In this document: positions 23,641 through 35,100 of the stretch, in pieces
How the letters are laid out: each line of letters starts with the position of its first letter
How positions within the stretch are numbered: the first letter of the stretch is position 1
DNA from: Moniliella sp. 'wahieum'
Lineage: Eukaryota
Direction of reading: 5' to 3'
Length of the DNA stretch: 64,000 nucleotides
NCBI GenBank assembly: GCA_003971905.1
Contig: RSEE01000034.1
Location: forward strand, 558,001 to 622,000
The notes under the pieces: generated by a model
What the model saw: the letters and a program-made list of their open reading frames with translations, nothing else
What the model was told of the DNA's origin: nothing
The model's database searches: none
Position numbers and translations under genes: made by a program

Positions 23641-25370
23641 GACCCGACCGTGGCGTCAGTGCCGGCTGCCAGCCAGTGGCTCCGACACACCGTCATTCTT
23701 CGCTTTGTCACCTAGGCTGCCAGCGGCCTGGTGCACGTCAATGACGGTGCCGGCCTCACCAAGCAACTCCACCGCCGCGGCATCAAGGTGATGCTACCTA
23801 GGTCGCGGTGCCGCTCTCTCTGTTTTGTCCCAAAAACAAAAACAAGTTGCACCCGACGGTCAAGCCGCTATATAGACCCGGGCTACCAAGCGACCTAGAC
23901 ACACTACTTCGCATTGCGCAGCGCGAGATGGTCCAGCGCGGAGGGAAACGCCTGCTTCGCCCCGTGCTCAAGCACACCCGCCCCAATGAGCATGTGGCCG
24001 CCACGGCTCACTTCCTCAACTGTCTTAGGGGGGGCTCGCAACCCTCGGCCCAAGGCGGTGCACCCATCCACGCCCTTTGATGCGGGGCGCGGACACGCCA
24101 GCATGGACCCTGCTGACTCGTGCCTCGGTTGCGGTCCGTGTGCAAGAGGTGTGGGCAATCGGTTCCTACGTTTTGATATCAAACGTCCTTGCCACAGCTC
24201 CAAGAAGCAACTGCTGTGCGCCGTGGGTCAGGAAAACGGGATCCCGCTCCAACTGCGCAGCCACTTTGAGTTTGAACCAAAGCAGGTCACGACGGACGAG
24301 GGGCAAGCCGGTGCAAGTGCAAGTGCAACTAAGTGCACTGTGGTGCTGGTGATGGTGCTGGTGCTGGTGCTGGTGCTGGTGCTGGTGCTGGTGCTGGTGC
24401 TGGTGCTGGTGCTGGTGCTGGTGCCGCCCCCGTGTCTGGCGAAGGCAGGAAGAAGAAGCGCCGTCGCGCGGCAGACAATCTCAAGTCCCCTCGCTCGATT
24501 CCGCTGCTACCCTGGCCGCGGGACAGGCCAACACGACCTTGTGCCGTCCGATTTGCTCGTGGTGCCGTTACGTCCTCAAGGACTCGGCGTGGCAGCCGGC
24601 ACTTTGGATGAGCTGATGCAGGCCGGTCGGGCCGCCATGAGCAGCGGCGACGCCGTGCTCGGGGGTGGAGCTGGTGCAACGTGCCTTAGCGTCGTACGAG
24701 ACGATTTATGGTTCGGTGCTAGCGCGTGCGTACGCCGAGTACGCGCAAGCGGTTCATGACTATACTACGGTCTGGGCGTTGGAGGAGGTGCAGTGCACCA
24801 AACTCAGCAACAAGGCAAGCAGTGGTCAGCTTATCCCCGCTTCCCGAGGGCGTGATGGGAGAGACGTTGTCCTTGTCACACGCTCTTCGCTTCCAGCAGC
24901 AAGCGGCTACGATTGCCGAACGCACGTTGGGCTTGGACGGTGGAGGAAACGTTGTTGTTTTACACCAACCTGGCCTCATGGAGCGCATCATTGAATAAGA
25001 ATAGCCATACCGCGCTGGTCCTGCAGCAGCACGCTTCACCTGAGGGACCAGATCCATGGCGCCGGCCATCCTGAGAGCTTGCAGTGTGTGACGCGCATCG
25101 CCTCGACGCTCATGTTGCTCGGACGGTACGACGCGGCGCGGCAGGTGGTCCAGACGGCGTACTGCAGGCCAATTCAAAGCAGCTGTTTGGCCCCGCTCGT
25201 ACCACACCATCTAGGCCGCGGACGTCTTGGCCGAGGCAAACAGGCACATGCAAGACCTGAGGCAGGCCGTGAAGCATGCGCGCGAGGCGCATCCTCGTCC
25301 TTTTACAAGCGTGTGGGCGCCGAAGACGAGCAGACCAAGATAGCCATCCGTCGAGTGCTCACTGTCATAG
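23641..25370 (+). pseudogene. Clu1/TIF31 (clustered mitochondria)-derived fragment: CLU central domain + TPR region only
   Basis: ASQWLRHTVILRFVT*AASGLVHVNDGAGLTKQLHRRGI; LLRIAQREMVQRGGKRLL..TAHFLNCL; LDELMQAGRAAM..ELVQRALASYETIYG; ALRFQQQAATIAERTLGLD; FYKRVGAEDEQTK. These are in the same order as Clu1 C-terminal motifs. In-frame TAG at 23713-23715 and many frameshifts. Confidence 0.7.
24342..24425. repeat. (GGTGCT)~14 hexamer repeat in the Clu1-like linker (poly Gly-Ala)
   Basis: Read directly; the GA frame continues into GRKKKRRR. Confidence 0.93.
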
Positions 25371-26639
25371 TTTGGCTGATCTCGCTCCCATTTCCAATTC
25401 TTCGTCTCGAGCATCTCGCTCCTCCCTGTTCCTTCCACTTCGCACCATGTCTCTGTTCTGCTTCTTCCCCACGAACGATTGCTACACCCCTTGGCCTAGT
25501 CTGATCCTGGTCTCCCTCGCCTTAGCCCCGACCGTGACACTCACCATGCTCACTTCGGCCCTTGTCCAACGCCAAACGAAGAGAAAAGTTGGCGCGGGCG
25601 CAGGGCGGGTCGGGCAGGTGCGCAGCCGGCCGAGCTGACGGACTAGACGCGCGAGTTGCTCCAGTCGATGCACATCAACTCCCTCGTCCGCTACATCATG
25701 GTACCGAGACCAAAGCCTAGTAAGAACAAAGGCCGAGGCAGAGAGCGGGGGCAAGACGCGTCGGTCCTAAGACCAAGAAAGAAGGCGACGCACTGGCGTG
25801 CCCCCCCCCTTCCTCCAATCACTTGTCCTCTTGTCCCATCTGTGGCCCCACAACGTGTTGTACCCCACACCTTCGAATTGATCCCGCCCGTTCTCTGCCT
25901 TGGTTCCCACCCGGCCTTATTCTTAACCTTCCCCCCACTTCTCCCCAATCGGAAGAGCACGGCAGAGTGCTTTTCGAGGGGGGGCAATTCGCTTGTCCCC
26001 TCGAAAAGTCGCAATGGTGTATTGTCCTTGCCTTGCATCAGTTTCATCCACTGGCATCGACATCCGTCATCGAGTATAATCCATCATCGACATCTGCTGT
26101 AACAAACGGTACCCGCATTCTCTTTAGCTTTGGCTGTGCTATATAGGCAGACCAGACGACCTGACCAGCTTGCCAGCTTGCCAGCCTACGGGACAAGGCA
26201 AAGGAGATATGATATCAAGCTAGGAAAATCTTTAAAGGGGAGTACTGTTCGGCTCCGCGCGCAGGCTGCCGTCCTTCGGAACGAGGGGGCGTTTGAAGGG
26301 GAAGGAGGGAGGCGGGAGGCGGGGGGTCGGAGAAGGGAATTGAAGCGGAAAAAGGAGGAAGGGAGAAAGGGTGACAAAGACCGGGCGGGTCGGGCCAGAT
26401 TTCGCCCCAACCAGCGCACGGGGGGGGGAACCGGAACGATCCAACGCCACGGATCGAGCATGTATCCAAGTGGGCCCCGAACCACGTTCCAAGCGAAAGG
26501 GGGACAGCGGTAGCATAGGGTAGTGTGGGAACGTGGTAGCTTGAGGGGAGGGGGGGGAGGGCTATATTGCAAATGAGGGAGATAACCTGGTGGCAGGCAT
26601 GGGCCAAAAAACAAAGCAAAAAAGAGCCGCAGGGGCATT

Positions 26640-29314
26640 TCAAGAGGACCAAATGGTCAATGGACCAAGTATTGTGGAAGTGGGAAGGTCATGGGAGGTA
26701 CGGTAGTCGGTCGCTTGTCTCGGTGCCGGCAAGGGTCGGTGGGCGAGGTCTGCACCATCGGGGCAGACAGAGGGGCGGGCTCGCTCCGTCTCGGGCTGCG
26801 GTCGACGCAGCCAGGAAGCAGGGTGAAACGGAGGAAGCTGGGCGGAGAAGCTGAAGCGGGACGAGAATGGTCGACGCTGGGGGGGGTGTGGGCGAGGGAG
26901 GCGAAGCAGTGGCAGGCGGGTGGGCGTCGAGGAGGAGGAAGTTTGATGGATCAGCTCAGCTGGGTCCTCGGTAATCGTCGCGTGGTGGTGGTGCCAGCGC
27001 CAAAATCTCTTGGTACCGGGCCGACGGAAATCCGAGAGCGAGCGTCGTTGCGCTTCGGCTATCTGCGCTTCCTCGCGAATGGCCAGCAGCCGTTCTTGCG
27101 TGCCCGCGCTTCGGGCGACATGCGCACACGCCGTCGTCGTGGCAACGTGATGAACTTGGGCATCGGACGGTGGTCGAGATCAAGCGAGACGGCTGTCGCG
27201 GCTTGCAGCGCTTCGATCAGTTGCACCACCTGTTGCACATCTTTGCACTGCAGTAAAAATTGTTCCCCCTCGGCGGCACGCGCACCACGTGCGGCCGCTG
27301 ATATAGTCGGCCGCCAAGCCCGATTCGGCGATTGCAACGAATAGCTGCGAACCAAGTTGCTACGTACGGATCGGCGCCGTCGGCGTACAAGTTGACATAG
27401 CTTTGTCAGTTATCGAGGTGAGCAAGTCGCCGAGGGGTAGGCACATCGCATGCCGCAGTATGCTCTGCTGTCCGCGTCGTCCGGCCCATTGTCCAAAGAA
27501 GAGCGGGGTACGGAGGGGCGCGAGGGTGAATCGCATGCCGCGCCTGTTGCGCCGCTTGGCTCGCCGTGTGTGCCATGGAAAACGCCGTGTTGGGCTTGGA
27601 GTTGCTCGCACTCGTCTCATCTTCCACAGCGGTTCCGAAATCGCAAGCGTGCCTCGGTCGGACCAAACGCCTCCTGCGCCACCGCACGCGGCACCACAGT
27701 GCTCATATCCCCCTTGTACACATCAACATGGTCCCGTGCAGCACAAAGTAGAATCGACGCCAACTTCGGTCATGCGCTTGCACCCCGGGCGCAGAAAACT
27801 CCATCTTGCGCGCCAGGAGCCCTCGAGGTGCACCCAACACATGTACCCAGGCAATCGCTCCTTCCTTCTTCTTCTCTCGGAAGCACCATCGCAGCCGACT
27901 CGATCCGGATCGCGGCGGGACACACTGGCAGCATACCCAGGCGGAGCATCCGGGCCCGTCGCCGGCGGGGTCGGCGATCGCGACGGGCTTCGCGCGTGCT
28001 GTGGCGGGCGAAGGACGGTGGGGAGTGATACGGTGCGGCTGCGGGGAAGAGATGTTGGAGGAGGAAGTAGAGGAAGGACGGCGTGGAACTCGGGAGACAG
28101 CGCATGAGTGAGCGCGATCGACCCCGCCGCAGTCCCAGATCTGTACCCGAAGACGCAGGTGAAAACGACGGCGAGTGCGGGCGGTAGAGCGGAGCTTCGT
28201 CGACCCAGTTGGCTTCCGTGCTCAAGCTCAGCCGTGCGGGTGCGGGGGGGGAGGCAACCGGGGCAGTGTACACGGGCGTCGGCATGGGCCGTTCCTCGTT
28301 CGTGCGCTGACGACGCAACAGGGCAATGTGGCTCGGCGACATGGGCGCCGTCGACATGCCACCGAGCCCGCCGGGGGAGCAAGCAGCGAGCGGTTGGGCG
28401 CTGTCTGGTGGCGGGGAATGCTAAAGTAGTCCGATGCGGCAGGGGGGAGCGCGGGCGGGAGGGAGCGGGAGCGGGAGCGGGAGCGGGGCCCGGGGCCTGT
28501 GCAGCGGCCCGCTCCGGGGCATGGTCGGATTCGGACGGGCTGCCAAAAGTCACCCAATTCGCCCTCCCTTTGCGAGGAGCGACGAGATGAGATGGATTCA
28601 ACTTGACGAGGGGCGGAGGGAGAGACCCCAAGTGCAGCGACAGTGACGTAGACGCTCTAGCAGATCCACCACGGCGGGAAAAGGACGAGACAGAGCTGGC
28701 GCTGCTTACCCGGCGCGCCACCTCGGCCGTCGAGGGGGCGGTGCGGTAGGAGAGCGCCGTTTCGCTCGAGGGGCGCAGCGCAGGGCTTGTTTCGCGAGGC
28801 AGGTCGGTGGAGACGCGAAGACGAGGGGTGGACAAGCGTTGAATGTGCTGGGGGCCTGACAGGAGAAAGGCGTCAGTGGGGTTCCTCTTGTGTGTGCAGT
28901 GGCATGGCACGGCATCAACGTACTCTGGCCATCTACAGGGGTAACGGGCGAGAGTTCAGGCGAGGTGGAGAAGTGGTCTGTCTCGTCGGGTTGGGAGGGC
29001 GGACGGAGGCTGGGCACGGGGGAGAGGTTGTGGCTGGAGGGAGATGCGCTGGGGAGGACATGCTCGCTGGCGGCGGGTGCGGGTGCGGGTGCGGGTGCGG
29101 GTGCGGCGTCGGCAGGCTGGTCGGGGTCGATCTGGCGCGACAGGCGACGGAAAAGGAGAAGGGAGCTGCGTTTGGGGCGACGGGCGAGGGGCGGAGCGGG
29201 GGCGGGCGCGCTGGCCAGGTCGTCGTCACCGTCGCGCTTATTCTGGCGCAGGGCGAAGGAGGGACGGCGGAAGTGGGGCCGCTTGGGCAGGGATGCGATG
29301 AGGCCGCGGTCCAT
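26640..29314 (-). CDS. Fungal PH-domain protein (yeast Yhr131c/Ynl144c-like) with long disordered N-terminus
   Basis: [45 protein letters not shown] (~27850-27720), then [57 protein letters not shown]. Start [13 protein letters not shown]; intron 28923-28856. The 3' end is approximate. Confidence 0.72.
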
Positions 29315-31522
29315 CGCACGCGAGCGAAGGGGGTGGCTGGTGGGGGGCGTGGTGGAGGTGGGAGGAGGCAGGGAGCGTCGACGGTGCTGCGTGCGCCTGG
29401 GCCACAAAAAAGCGGGAGCACTGTGTTTCGGGTTTATGGTGGCGTGAGCAGCACAGTGGCGCCGTGCGGGGGGCGGCGGGCAGTGGTGCAGTGGGCGCGG
29501 CTGGGGCTGCTGGAGTGCTCCGCTCCTCAGCCTGGCGCTCAGCTAAAGCAGCTAAAGCTGGCTGCCGTGCGGGGCTCTGCGGCTGCCCTGCGGTTGCTCA
29601 GCCCCAGACGCCGCCCACGCCTCGCCTGCCCTCCCACGAGTCTCTACGCAGCACTCGGTATACTCCGGCCCAACCCAGCACCCACTCGAGCACTCACGAG
29701 TCCTGACACCGACACCGTCGGCGTCTGACACCCCCATCGGCCCCAGACCGATCAGACTGGCACACCCACCAGCCCCATCAGGCAAGCCGCCGCCAGCGGC
29801 CCCCCCAGTGCCGTCCCTGCCTCCGCCGCCACCTTCACCCGTGGGCGTCGCCACTCACCCCGCCCTTTCCCCGCCCCGCCCGCCCCCCGCACGGCGCCAG
29901 CCAAGCCACGCGCTGCCGTCCGATAAGCGCTAAGCATCCCTGGATCCAAACTCCGATCGCCTGCCCGGCTGCCTGCTACTCGGGCCACCCCCTCCTGCCC
30001 ACACCCGTCGTCCACGTCATGCGCGTCATGCCCGTCACCGTCACCGTCACCATCGCCCCCCCCCGGCCATGGCCCATTGTCACGTTTGCTGCTTCCAGCT
30101 CATCGATCATCGACCATCATGCATCCCTAGCCACTGAGTTCTGACGACGGCGTCTCAGTGCGAACATCCTCCACAGCCGGCCGAGGACCCTAGACAGATG
30201 CTGAGGAGCTGAGCCCCAGTGCCTAGCCGCTCAGCTGGACGTATTGTAGCTGACGCATCCTAGCCCCTCTCGATGCGCGCCTAGATCCACCAAAATATCG
30301 ACCCTCGTGTCGGGGGGGCCGAACAGAACCCACCTTTCCACGATCCGCGCCGCGCTAATTGCCCATCGCGCCCGGGGTTCAGCCTCAACGTGGAACGCTC
30401 ACATCTCCCTCGACGTGTCATCGCTTCTGCCGACGACTCCCGTTCCCGTTCCCGTGGCGCAGGCGCCCGCACGCGGCGAGCGAGCAGCACACGTCATGAC
30501 TAAGGTGTCCTTTCAATTGGAATCGACAGCGGCTGCTGACGCGTGCTGAGCGTGCTGAGCGCTGACGACGCTGATGCTGAGCGCTGAGGGCGGCTGAGCC
30601 GCTCAGGCTGAGCCCTGCTGAGCCCTGCCGCGCCGAGGCTCAGCAGCGGACAGGCGTAGATCGATGGTGCTGGGCCGGTCCTCACCGATCAGATGATCAA
30701 CAATCCTTCATCATTTGCATCAATGACCAGAATTATTCTTCTGCTCGAGCTGCATTCCAACACGCTGTCAAAACATCGCACGGCACAAGGGCGCCGTAAT
30801 AGGGCCCACCCCGGGGTAACCGATAATCCGGGGTCCATTCTTCGCTCAATCCTCAGGCCTTACTAGTTACTACATACTAGTCAGTTATTCCGAAGGCCTA
30901 AGGCCTAAAACTCTAAAGGGCCTCTCCCCCTTCTTTCGCACCCTGTTGGTTTGTATTATACGGCGTCTGCACCTCAGCACCCTGACTCATCATCAGCGGC
31001 TGAGCGCTGAGCCGTTCAGCTCAGCGAGACGCATCGGGCGGTGGCCTGGGAAGCTTTAAGTTTTAAGCTTTAACCATCTCAGTCTGATTGATGCAGCACG
31101 CGCAAAACACCGACGTGTCGGGAATCTAGCATCATATTACTACTGCCCCTTTGAGGTCAGAATGGGTGGGCACTGGGGATAAGACCAATAACATGTAACA
31201 GGACCACCGGGTATGTGTGTGTGGACACGCCAAAACGACGTCGATGACCAACAACAACCAACAGGACAGGACGGGTGGTGGTAGGGTGAGGGTGTTGGGC
31301 TGCGAATGCTTATGCATTATGACAGACAGACAGCGGCATCGTTAAAGCGCGCAAACGTGTAAACCCCTTCTTCCCGTTGTGTAAGCCCCTTCCTGTTCTG
31401 TAAGCCCCTTCCCATTCCCAAGAGAGAAGAGGCAACTTGAAGTGTCATGCTCGTGACCGGCCGTGGGGGGAGCCGCGTGGCCAACTAAGTACTAATGCCG
31501 CAACAGCTCCGTCAGAGCAGTG

Positions 31523-31550
31523 CACTAGTCACTAGTCACTAGTCACCAGT
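31523..31550. repeat. Heptamer array (CACTAGT)x3 + CACCAGT
   Basis: Read directly; a related (CACTAGC)x3 CACTAGT array is at 58735-58762. Confidence 0.88.
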
Positions 31551-32162
31551 GGCAAGTGGGACCCCCCGACAGATTGACAAGTGAGGACCCCGTCAGATGG
31601 CCGAGAAGATGTGCAGCGCAGCAGATGATCGACGTGCCACTGCGCGCCCCAAATCCCATGGCCGCCATGATGTGCATGATGCATGACATGCATAGTAATG
31701 CTTGTCCGACCGAGTGTGACTGTGGCGGCTAACACCCTTTGGTATCCTGCTGTCTACTATACTGGCACATCTACAGCAGTTAATGCATACTAAGTCTCGT
31801 CTTTTAATAAAAACGTTGATTGTTGAGGTTCCCACTCATGTTGGCATCGGAGCCATTGCACAGAGGGAACTAAGGACACAGGTAGACAGAACGTTGGGAG
31901 GGAATTGGTGTAAAGGAACCGAGCGAATGCAGAAGAGGGAGGGGAGGTGAAAGGACTTGAAGCTTGAGGTATGAATATGATGCTGAAAGAACAGCCGATT
32001 GTGCGCTTGATGCAAAGCAAACAGTTGTGGGGTAGTCTCGCGAGCAACGAAGCTAGAAGTGAAGCTTGAAAAAGGGGGAGAAGAGAAAGGCGAAAGTGTG
32101 GTGACAGGAGAGGGTAACTCGCTTATTGAGCGTATGATGGTATGAGTGGTGGGGCTGGGAAT

Positions 32163-35100
32163 TCAAGAAAAGCGAACAGGCAGACCATAGAGGACCACCG
32201 CTGCGCCCGTCATGAGTGGCAACCGACAATCTTTCCGGCCTGCCGCCACGGCTTGCGGCAGAGACGCGCCGCCCCATAAGCCAGCGTCGCGAGGTCCAAT
32301 GTGGTTGTATATCTTTTCGTCCTTGTGACGCTTGTCTTCGGACAAAATCCCAACCCGCAGACACACCGACTCGGCCACCTGGTCCAGCTCTTTATCCGTC
32401 GTGTCCCACAAACAGCCCAAGAACGCAGGACAACCGGCAAAGAGGTAGTCGAGCGGCAATCCTTGCGGGTCAAACATCCCTTCGTCCCGCAGTTGGCCCG
32501 ACGAACATCCCCACAACATGCTTACCGCACAGCGGGGCATCCGACGCACCAACGCCGTCGAACTCAGATACTGGTCACCTCCGCCGTGGCCAAAGTAGAG
32601 GAACAAGTCTTGTTCCTCCAGCTGGGTGAGCAGGTCCAGCGGCGGCTTGCCTACTGAGCCCGTCCACCCAGGACCCTGGGACTTGAGCCAAGGCCCAAAC
32701 CGAACTTCCGAACGAGAAAGGTCCCCCGACGGATTGAGGAGGTAATACGTCTTGGCCGACGGCATTAGGTACGTTCCATCCGAGCTGCGCGGCACTTGGT
32801 CCTGTTCCGCTTGCACCATGCGATCCCGCAGATACGCAAGCGACGGGATGCGCGTCACGTTTTGCCCCGCCAGGATGGGCATGCTCTCCCAAGGAATGAT
32901 TTGTACGTGTCGATCCAACAAAAGGAAAGTGTGAGGCGTCTCGTGCGCCACGAGGGGTACGTCTTTAGTCTCGCGGAGAACCGCACGGACCTCTTCCACT
33001 CCGGCGGTCCAGTCGGTTTCGGAATCGGCTGCGCCGGCCAACTGGAACGCAGCAGCAAAGACGCTCAGCATGTCCTTTACTTCCTCCTCGGACGCATCGG
33101 GCAAACGCGCAAACAGATCCAGCAAATCCGTGTCCAGCTTAACCCGCTGCGAGCCGGGGAACAGGTGCCGCAGCACCGATTCCAACCCAGCACGCACTTT
33201 GTCCTCCTCGTCTCCCCCAATGGCCGTGGGGGAGCAAAGAGAGCCTGGTCACAAAAAAAAGACGTCAGCAACATTCACATCCACATTCGCCTTCCCGCCC
33301 AGTCCCACCCCCGGGCCAACGAAAGCTAGACACAACGTACCTTGAACCCGCCCAACCAGCCATTTTCAACCGTGTCCAGAACCTGACGCAACCGTTCCTC
33401 CAACACTCTCCGGTCGTTCCACCACCGGCGCCGGCCCTCGGTGCCGTCCGAGTAGCGTGAGCCCAGGTTGCGCACCTGTTCATTGGATACCGTCGTGATA
33501 TCCTTCACTTCCTGGAGCAGTGCCTCGAACGACAAGTCGCGCTTTCGGTTGATCGGTACCTCCCACAACAGCGGTGCCCCAACCCCGACCCGTGAGAGTA
33601 GTAAACTCTTCTCTGGGTGGCGGGCAACACTGATCACAGCCCAGTTGGCCGGAAGCAGCTTGCGCACTTCTTCCATTGTTTTCTCAGGGTTTGCCAGCTT
33701 GGTCTGGGCCTCGTTCCAGAACGCCTGCGGCGACGTACGCTGCGCCGTCGACTCTTGCTCGCTTTCGCCGTCGCTCTCGGGTTCCGTTGGGCTTCCGTTC
33801 CCGCTCTTGGGCCACGACAGACAAGCCCTCTTGCCTGCCGGAGTCGGCGAGGACGGGGGACCATCCTCCTCCGTCTCCTCCTCCTCCTCTTCCTCTTCTT
33901 CTCTTGCGACCGGGCACCGTCCGAAACGGAACGGAGAAGAGAAGCGACCGCCGCAAGCGCCCGTACAACTTCCACCACGAGTCATCGCGTAAACTGAGCG
34001 CGGCCTTGGGCTTCAAGCGCATGGCCACCGCGTACTCCCCATCCACCTGGGCCGAGTGGGCCAAGAAAAGAGACGCCACAGCCTTTTCTACACCTTGCAC
34101 GGGCCCACCCAAGCGCACCGTCTCCATCCACATCAGAGCATGGAGCAGCGCAGCGTCCCGTTGCGCTGGCAACGCCGGCGCACCACCCGCGGCCTTGGTC
34201 ACCATCCGAGTCAAGTGCTCCCCGATCTGCGTAAGTGGGCGCGGTAAGCGTACGCAATTTGCTGCCCTGCACGCGCAGCGCCATCGTCCCGTCGCCTGGA
34301 CTGGTCAGGACGGGGGGCAAGAATGCAGTGCGGCCGTTCGAGGCGAACAAGCGCTCCGACGCCAGCTGGTCGGCGTACTGTCGCATGCCCACCTGGGCAC
34401 GCAGGTACGCACTCGCATACGCCCCGGACGAACTGGGGTCCAACGTCCGCCCTTGCTCCAGCAACGCCAGCACCAGCACTTCCTCGCCCGGATTCACATA
34501 GGCCACGCTGGCCCGTTGGCGAAGCAGCCGCGCATGCTGGGCGGGCCAGAGACCACAGTGGGCCATGGTACTGCTTCGCCGCCGGTGTGCGCTGGTGGGC
34601 GAGCGAGGCGGCGGCGGGCAGCGCGCGTAGGGTCGGTAAGCGACGTGTAAAGTTGCTCGTGGCAGCGCAGCCGTTCGGCATACCCGTCCATCGTCTCCTC
34701 CACCGCGGCCGCTCACAGGGCAAGAGGGAGAGGTACCAGTCCGAACTGGTGGGAAGCTGGGCAGGTGCGCCTTGCTCGTCCACAGCTCTTTTGTCGGAGC
34801 CGTCCCACGAAGTGTGGCAATCTCGGCCTCCAGCACGCTGGCCCGCGCAGCCGTGTACGAGTTGGCGCCGAGAAACTCCGAGAGCTGGGCCGCTTGCTTG
34901 GCCCAGAGAAAGGCAGAAGGCCCGACGCCCTGGAGCACATGCAGCTCCGCCATGGCGAAACTGAAATGGAGCAGGTGACGCACCATGCGCCAGTAGGCCT
35001 CCATGAATTCCATCGTCACGGCCGAGGTGAGCGTGCGCTCGGCGTATTCCCGCGTCGAGGCGAGGAGGGGATCAACATGGTCCCCGGCTTTGGATGCTGC

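Noticed and set aside
23713..23715. In-frame TAG as stop-codon reassignment
   Set aside because: TAG ends NPY1, the chitinase and the PB1 gene at plausible C-termini, so it is a normal stop.
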